NCBI GenBank assembly: GCA_027026055.1
Contig: JALVPA010000140.1
Coordinates: forward strand, 1 to 30,963
Source: Campylobacteraceae bacterium
GTDB lineage: Bacteria > Campylobacterota > Campylobacteria > Campylobacterales > Sulfurovaceae
Reading direction: 5' to 3'
Length of the DNA stretch: 30,963 nucleotides
Position 1 is the stretch's first letter. Each line of letters opens with the position of its first letter. The notes under the pieces are model-generated. The model did no database searches, was not told where the DNA came from, and saw only the letters and a program-made list of their open reading frames with translations. This document shows, piece by piece, positions 30,345 through 30,963 of the stretch. The position numbers and the translations under genes are program-made.

Positions 30345-30963
30345 CTATTTTAGTCGAATACGCACACTCTGCTCATGTGCGGTCAATCCTTCCGTATGCG
30401 CGATCATCGCGCACGCTTCTCCGATGGCGTCGATGCCCGCTTTGCTCATCGAGATGATCGAAGACTTTTTCAAGAAGTGCTCGACACTCAGCGGCGAATA
30501 GAACTTCGCCGTACCGCCCGTAGGCAAAGTGTGGTTGGGACCTGCGATATAGCGCTCTATCTCGCTTTGCACCCTTTGCGCCAACGCTTCGCTCGGAGTG
30601 ATCAAAATAGAGCTTGCCATCTCGTCGTGTTCCGCTTGAGAAAGCAGATCGATCGCCAGATAGTCGGCGCGCGCCGCCTCGTCCGCCAAGATGCCGATCT
30701 CCGAGGGCCCCGCGATCATATCGATGTTTACCTCCCCGTAAACCAACTTTTTGGCGGTGGCTACAAAGATATTGCCGGGTCCGGTAATCACATCGACTTT
30801 GGGAATCGTCTCGGTGCCGTATGCCATCGCCCCGATTGCCGATGCGCCGCCCACTTTAAAGACCTTTTTCACACCGCAGAGGTGACACGCAGCCAAGAGT
30901 AGTTCGTTTAGCTCATTATCGGGCGCGGGGGTACAAACGACAATCTCCTCAACACCCGCCACT
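30345..30963 (-). pseudogene. hisD: Histidinol dehydrogenase, 3' part (5' beyond the window), with an in-frame internal deletion of about 70-75 codons
   Basis: GGASAIGAMAYG, DVITGPGN, DMIAGPSE, LLSQAEHD and YIAGPNHTLPT are present, but EIERY is joined directly to IAGPNH; the APEHL, AGAIFLG and GD segments are absent. Confidence 0.85.

Overview
A 31-kb, almost entirely core-genome stretch of a Campylobacterota (epsilonproteobacterial) chromosome. AtpF/AtpF' style and gene order suggest a Sulfurovum/Nitratifractor-like organism (inference). It contains the conserved rplU-rpmA-[insert]-obgE-proB-fmt-birA-parA-parB-atpF'FHAGDC-tolQ(exbB)-tolR(exbD)-tolA/tonB-like superoperon on the minus strand, the ileS-gatA-guaB...metX-xseB-CN-hydrolase block, pncC/cinA, an eight-tRNA operon (Lys-Asp-Lys-Val-Glu-Val-Asp-Leu), ung, a RelBE-type toxin-antitoxin pair and the 3' part of hisD. 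I found no CRISPR array, transposase, integrase, prophage gene or rRNA, and no clearly new multi-gene system. The best leads are: (1) hisD carries a clean in-frame deletion of about 70-75 codons that removes the catalytic Glu-His and a Zn-ligand Asp; (2) a nitrilase-fold protein lacking the catalytic Cys and Lys is translationally coupled to a ThiF/MoeB-like adenylase lacking all Zn/Cys motifs; (3) a bactofilin with about 10 rather than 6 beta-helix windings; (4) two genes missed by the ORF track, a 40-aa membrane protein between ileS and gatA and a secreted TPR-like/PA14-like protein running off the left edge with a G8 tract at its ribosome-binding site; (5) several candidate RNA/DNA structures (tRNA-Glu leader anti-tRNA hairpin, metY-metX inverted repeat, ileS leader) and two candidate leaderless genes. 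All family assignments are by motif recognition from memory, with no database search.
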